Shown piece after piece: positions 21,977 to 28,185 of a stretch of DNA of 28,185 nt. The notes under the pieces were generated by a model. That model made no database searches and was not told where the DNA came from. It worked only from the letters and a program-made list of their open reading frames with translations. Source of the DNA: Moniliella sp. 'wahieum' (lineage: Eukaryota); assembly GCA_003971905.1 (NCBI GenBank), contig RSEE01000106.1, forward strand, positions 186,001 through 214,185. The letters are read 5' to 3'. Numbering within the stretch: the first letter of the stretch is position 1; each line of letters opens with the position of its first letter. The translations under genes and the position numbers were made by a program.

Positions 21977-23248
21977 ATGGACACGCACCCCGCCCCTTTG
22001 GCTTGGCAGCCGTGTGATTGGTGTGATGTGTGATGCATGCGCATTTTAATCAATGCACATCTGGGCATTTTTTTTTCCGAGGAGCGCGGCATGGGGTGGG
22101 GCTCATACAGTGAGGACGAATTAAACGAGCAAAGTTAATGATTACTGAACCTTGAAGCTCTTGAAGCGCGAAGCTTGAAGACCAATAAGGTTGAAGCACA
22201 CACTGTTTGCACCCGCGCAGTAGGGATGGGGATGGCCACACCGCCGCTCTTGGGCAACCCCTTGTGGCGGAGCCGGACGGAGGGCCAAGAGACCCCACCC
22301 AAGGCGGGCCCAGACGAAATTTGGTCTAGGCAGCAAAAAACTTCCATGGCCATGTCGAGCGCAGAGACACGATGCAAGAGACTGGAAGCGGCCAAGGCAA
22401 CAGCAGGAGTGTGTTGACTGTATATGGACTAGCTGGACTAGCGTGTCTAGCGAGGGGACGAGGAAGAGTTGTTTTTTGCACATAGCTACCCGAAGGAAAA
22501 AAATCCATGACCCTCTGGGACTGATGTGTGTGATGCGCGCATATGGAAGGCGGAAGGCGGTATGGCTATCTGGAGCATCAGCAAGGTCGATCTCAACCGC
22601 GGGTCCCGACGAGCGGATGAGAGCTTTCTTGAGTAGGGTCCCTGGCTCACCAGCATAGTTCACTAGTCACTTGGCTTAGCCCGCCGGCTCGTTCAGTTCG
22701 GAGGTGAGGATGATCGGTGATCGATGAGAAGATGAGATGAAGAGATGTGGGGGAGGCAGGATGGCCAATCTGATTGATGGGTAGGCGTGCCAGTGCGTGT
22801 GCGAAACCTCAATAAGCTGACTCGGCACCTCGTCCTTACATCTGCCCCAGATGGTAGGGAGCAAGTGACATAGTGACATATGGGCTGGAGCGACATCCTC
22901 TGTCCGTCGACCAACATACCGCCACTCTCGCTTCTTTCAGGAGCAAGCCGCAAGAACAGTGTTCTAGCGGCCTCTCTCCTCCTGTGCTTGGTATCCATCG
23001 ACATTCTGCACAACAGCAATCCCAACTCCGTGTGCCTGGACCCGGTATCTCACACACCCTGTCCTTCGTCAGCACGTCAACTAGCTCTCTCTCTCGCCGT
23101 GTCGGTCCCCTTGCTTCCCTTCAAGCTTCATCGATCATCGATCATCCCTTCTAGGTATCCTTGCAACTTGTCAAAGTTACCACACATAAAGATACCCCTC
23201 ATCCTTCTCCCCTCTCTACCACCACCTGGAGTCGTAGCAGTCGCCACC

Positions 23249-24832
23249 ATGTCTGCGCCACTCATTGGCAATACGGGCAACAAGGTGTTTGCGCCTTCCA
23301 TTCTCTTCATCGCCTGGCGTGAGGCGATGGAGGCGTCGCTGGTGATTGGAATCCTGCTCGCGTCGGTCGAGTCCTTGGTCAAGGACGATCTGCGATTCCC
23401 TCTCCCGCAAGAAGGGCGTGACCCCAATGCCCCACTGCCGCCGGAGGACTTGACGGAAAACCAGAAACCAAAGAGCATGTCGAGCTGGAACGCAAGGTGC
23501 TCATCAAGCAATTGCGCAAAGCCATCTTTCTCGGCGCGTTTATCGGGCTGATGATTGCGTTTTGCATTGGCGCTGCCTTCTTGGCTGTGTTTTACACCCA
23601 AGTCAATGACTTGTACGGCAAACCGAGGAACTGTGGGAGGGCATCTTCAACTTGATTGCCGTTGTTCTCATTCTTCCCATGAGCATGGCCATCTTACGTG
23701 CCGATCGGTCCAAGGCCAAGTGGAGCGTCAAGCTGAAGAAGGCGTTTGAGGAGGCCACCGAGAAACAAAAGCGCAAGGAGGCGGCCAAAGCGATTCAACA
23801 CGGGGACGCGGTCGCGCTTCCTGGTCAAGAACTGCCACCTCGCCGTCGATTCTTCGGCTTGCTCCCTCCCGCCAAGTCTTCGTCCAACAAGAAGGAAAAC
23901 AGGCTGGCCACGATGCGGAGCAAGCCCGAGTGGGTTATGTTTACCATTCCGTTGATCACCACGCTTCGGGAAGGACTGGAAGGAGTGGTGTTCATTGGAG
24001 GTGTCTCGCTTGGGTTGCCCGCTAGCTCGATCCCCTTCCCTGCCATTGTGGGCTTACTGATCGGGTTTGGGATCGGGATTTTGATTTGGCGCGGTGGCGC
24101 ATGGGCCAAGCGGGTCAAGGTCTTCCTCTTGTTTTCGACATGCGCATTGCTGATCATTGCGGCGGGCATGTTTTCGCGCTCAGTGTATTACCTCCAGTTT
24201 TACAAGTATGTTCAGTTGGTGGGCGACTCGGCGGCCGAGTCGGGCTCGGGCCCTGGGTCCTACGCGCCGTGGGACGTGTTTGTCCATTTCGACACGGGCA
24301 ACCCGGAGGACAAGGGAGGTGGAACGGGCTGGAGTATCCTCAACTCGCTCTTTGGCTGGGTACGTCCTAATCTGATCTTTCCCCTTGGTTGCTGGAGCGG
24401 AAAAAATATTGTGCTGGCCCTTGGTTGCTGGGGAGAAAGATGGCAGAGTGCTAACCCTCTTTGGGACAGAACAACTCGTGGAGCTACGGCGCGACGATTG
24501 CCTACGCGCTCTTCTGGGCCGTGGTAGCAGCGTATCTCAACTACCGGATGTGGGCCGAGGGGCGCATGGGGCTGGTGTTTACCTACAAGGGCAAAGAGAT
24601 CAAGGTGTGGGAGTCGCGCCGTCGCAAGGCGTTCCAGCAGATGCGGGCCGAGCGCCGCGCCGCGCGGGCGGCGGCCGGCGTGGCGGGTGCGGGCGAGGGC
24701 GAGGGCGAGGGCTGGGAGGACAAGGGGAAGACGAGTGGGGATGATGTGCAGACGCCCAGCACGGACAGCAAGGCGGGCTCGCCGCTGGCGGAGGGTGTGG
24801 CGGAGAATGAGCCGCGGCTGGGCAAGATGTAG
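23249..24832 (+). CDS. FTR1: High-affinity iron permease Ftr1; intron 24360..24469; frameshifted near 23470-23650
   Basis: Two RExxE motifs (WREAMEA and LREGLEG), several TM helices, GPGSY...NPE...GWSILNSLFGW|NNS signature; ATG in GCCACC context. Confidence 0.93.
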
Positions 24833-25089
24833 GCGGGGGGCGTGGCGTGGCGGTGGCCCCGTTAATGGAGCTTGAAGGCGATGTACCATGGGGTTCTGGA
24901 CAGGCAGGTGATATAGATGGCAGTAGAATCGACAGGGCAGCGGGTAAACAGAGGGTGCTAATTGGAAGACGTGCGTAGCGTTGGCCGGGTGGGGCGCGAG
25001 GGCGGAACGGGGCGGATGCATCGCACGCCTGCCGCTCGTCGAGCGTTCGCAGCCTCTGCTCGGCGGGGCTGCTGGGCTGCCCCACCGCC

Positions 25090-28000
25090 ATGGCCGCGTC
25101 GGCAGACCACCACGCGCGACGCTCGTCGCGCTCCTCAGCCCGCCCGCGGCGTCTGTGCGCACGCCCGCCGTGCTGGATGCGCATGCGCTCCGCCACCTCT
25201 GCCTCCAGCCGCCCGCCGCCGCGCGCCCGGCGTGGACGCGCATACTCGCGTGGCAGGCGCTGCTCAGCTACCTCCCCCCGCAGAAGACCCAGTGGCCCAC
25301 CCACCTCGCGCGCCGCCGCGCCGAGTACTATGTGCGTGCTCCTCCGCCTGTGTGCGCGCTGCTGCTGCTGCTGACTGCGACGGCTGCCCAGCAATTCGTC
25401 CGCGACTTTCTCCCGCTCGCCGACGGCGCCCCCCACGCCCCGCCCTCCTACAGCGTGCCCGGCACTCTGTCCGAGCGCGATGTCCTCCTCGACTCGGTCT
25501 TCAACGACATCAACAGCACCCTCTCCACCCGCGGCGGCACCCTCTGCCACGACCCATCCCCGCCTCCGCATCCAACCCCCGTCTCCCGTGCCCGACGCCG
25601 AGTGCCACCCCCCCCGGTGCCCCGCATCACCTCGCGCTGGATGCTGCTCCGGCGCCTCGGCAAGATCCACCCGTCCTTTCTCGACAGCTATTCCGAGCCG
25701 TCCACCACGGGCGAGCCGGTCTCTGCGGAGCAGATGGACAGCATGCGGTTTGGCGATGTGCGCTGGCATTCTCTTTTGCGCATCCTCTATATCTTTTCCC
25801 TTCTCAACCCGTCCATCGGGTACATTCAAGTACGTCCCTCCCCTCCCTGCCTCGCTCTTTTTGCCTCTCCCCCCCCCCCGCGCGTTGCTGACCCATACGC
25901 ACCACCCAGGGAATGCACGATGCCGCCGCTGTGTTTCTCTACGTTTTCGGGCAAGACAGTACGGGGCCAGATGCGCCTGACGGGCTGGCTCAGCTCGAGC
26001 TGGAGGACCCTGTGGAGGCCGATGCGTTTTGGTGCTTCTCTCCCTTGATGAGCGAGGTGCGGGATTGTTTGACTTTGATGGATTGACCACAGCGCGGCCG
26101 GGCTGCACATTAGCACACACGCGCCCAGCCTGCCACCGTGTCATCCAAGGAGAACGAGGGGATATCAGGCGCACTCAAGCAATTCAGTATTCGGCTCCAA
26201 TGGCTCGACCGCGAGGTATGGGATCTACTTTCTTCGTTATCGCTCGATCCCCGTCTACCTCTCTACTCGTTCCGCTGGTTTGTTTCACTTCTCAGTACCG
26301 AGATGCAGCCGCGGGCGGGGCGCTGGTATGGGACTGCATTTTTGGCCGAGACTGGGCGCGAAACCCCGACTTGAAGCGTAGAATCAACATCCAAGATTGA
26401 CTTGTTGATCGACGTTAGTTGCGCCATGATCGTGACCATTCGCGACCAACTCTTGATGCCGCCCGACCAAAAGAAGGGGACGATGGTCGCAATCAGGACC
26501 CGTATCGTCGGGCATGATGCTCTTGCTCAACTATCCCGGCGGACCGACATGATCGAGGTGGTGTCACTTGCCCTCAACTACCGCCAACGTCGGATCACGT
26601 CCTCACTTACTGGTGATGCGCCGCGTCCCAGGCCACCCGACCGCCCCGCACCCCCGCAAAAGGACCTCGTACTTCTCTTCTTGGCTTTCGGCCTCTCTCC
26701 CTCTCCCCGCCGCCAAGTCTTGGCTTCAAAATCCCTCTCCTTCAGGTAGCCCAGGCTCAAACGGGGACTCTAGTTTCTCTTCTCTGGCGAGCGGGAGCAG
26801 TGTCTGTCCCGTTATGCCACCCAGATCTCTTCCAATGACACTGTCAACAACTTATCGCGGAAAGGTTCTGTCTGGGCAGCCAAGGCGCTCAAGTCCTGGA
26901 ACCAAGCCACTGCAGCGGCGCCAACCTCGGCCACCGAAGATGCCGACACGTCCGGGACCAGTGACCTGTACACAGTCTCGCGCAACGGGACATTAAACCG
27001 ATCCACCAAGCCAGTGAGTTGGAAACGAACCGCAGTCCGCGCAGTGTCCTAGGCTCGCCTGCCTTCTCCGTCCACTCGTCGGACGACAGTCCCCGCCAAA
27101 GTACGAGAAAGTCACTGTTGTTGGTGGACCAATGGTCTTCCCCGTCACTCTCCGCATCTCTCTCCGCGGCTCGGGTCGAACACTCTGGAATCAGAGTGGT
27201 GACACGTCGGCTGCGTCGGGTACCTCGGCTGCCAGCGTGGCATCCAGTATTGAAGGCATGTTTGCTGCCGTGCGACGAAAGCATAGTTCGGTGCCGACCC
27301 CTTCGCGAGTTCCTCCCAAGCCACTGATGCTTTCTGGTGCCTCTTCCCTCTCTGCATCGTCCAATCGCGGTCACACTCCCCCCCAGGCCACGTGCCCGTT
27401 TGCCGTCCCAAGAGTCTCGGAATGGCAGTCCGAGTATGAGCCCGCACGTTTCCCGCCGCCACGTACGCGCCGAGAGCTCGTCCACTTTCAGCTCCGAACC
27501 CTTCGCGCGACGACGATGGCCGGCCTCATCGGAGAGACAGTATCTTGTCCGCCTCGTCGCGTGCTTCGGACCGCTTGACCAGCCGGCGAGCCCCACTGGA
27601 TACACCTCCCATGGCACACCTGGCTTGAGGACCATGTCTGCTTCTCGCCGGTGAGTCGACCGAGTTCATGGCGTATCACCGTGCTGGGCGACACGATCCT
27701 CGTACCCAGTCCATCTCCGATAACACCATTGCCACTTTTCTCCGTGGCTCTTCTTCGCCCGATTGGAGCCATGGCCATGCGCGCCTGCCCTCGCCCGATC
27801 CGGTTGGAGCTGACCGAACCTAACTTCAAGCCCGAAGGGTCCCTGACAGAGCACGACCAGCGGCGAAGGAGAGGGCGAGGACGAGAACGAGGTGAGAACG
27901 ACGATCCGCGCTCCTCGACCCCTCCTCCCTCTCTCGCAACGACACGATCAAGCCCAAACCTACGCCCGTGCCCCTGCCCGTCGGGAGGGAGAATACGATG

Positions 28001-28185
28001 ACGCCCATGCTTACTCCTCTCTCCCCGGACACCTACCTTGTTGTCTCGGCATTCGCCCGTACTTGCCTCCCACTCTTCGAGGAAGCGCTGAGTGAGATGC
28101 TATTCTTGCCCAGCTGAACCAAGATGACGAGGAGTTTGTCCCGTCGGGAGAGGAGGAGGATGTCCTGTTTACCACCGAGGGTGTG
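25090..28185 (+). CDS. TBC-domain Rab GTPase-activating protein (TBC1D13-like) with long low-complexity C-terminus; introns 25332..25391 and 25830..25909; frameshifted; probably truncated by the window edge
   Basis: RILAWQALLSYLP..WPTHLARRRAEYY, LLRILYIFSLLNPSIGYIQ|GMH, VEADAFWCF, LDPRLPLYSFRWF, VWDCIF and LIDVSCAMIVTIRDQLL are TBC signatures. Extent of the C-terminal tail is uncertain. Confidence 0.85.

Noticed and set aside
22208..22215. TGCACCCG Aft1-type iron element
   Set aside because: Aft1/2 iron regulation is a Saccharomycotina feature; a single match in GC-rich DNA is expected by chance.
4399..24832. TUP1, GNAT and FET3/FTR1 as a functional iron or siderophore gene cluster
   Set aside because: Separated by unrelated genes and about 8 kb of accessory DNA; no NRPS or ornithine monooxygenase; the GNAT does not look like the SidF/SidL type.
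24600..26174. 524-aa minus-strand ORF
   Set aside because: Antisense shadow of FTR1 and the TBC gene in very GC-rich DNA.

Overview
GC-rich fungal genomic DNA, probably a basidiomycete (spliceosomal introns of GTACGT/GTATGT...GCTAAC/GCTGAC...YAG type; Fet3 and Vts1 motifs resemble Ustilaginomycotina-type proteins). Gene order: intron-containing tRNA-Glu(CTC) (-), COG1-like Vps51-domain gene (-), GPI12/PIG-L (+), TUP1 (-), VTS1 (-), an intronless bacterial-type GNAT acetyltransferase (+, horizontal transfer candidate), a gene-poor block of about 8 kb, the divergent reductive iron uptake pair FET3 (-) / FTR1 (+) with an ATCTGATAA iron-GATA site between them, and a TBC Rab-GAP gene (+) running off the right edge. 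The gene-poor block holds an LTR-like or structured element, decayed sequence, an orphan Pro/Ser-rich ORF, a 2.2 kb tract of short palindromes and micro-duplications, and a possible hAT remnant. Every protein gene is broken by several small frameshifts, most likely uncorrected long-read indels rather than real pseudogenisation, so CDS boundaries are approximate. Family assignments come from motif recognition; no searches were run.
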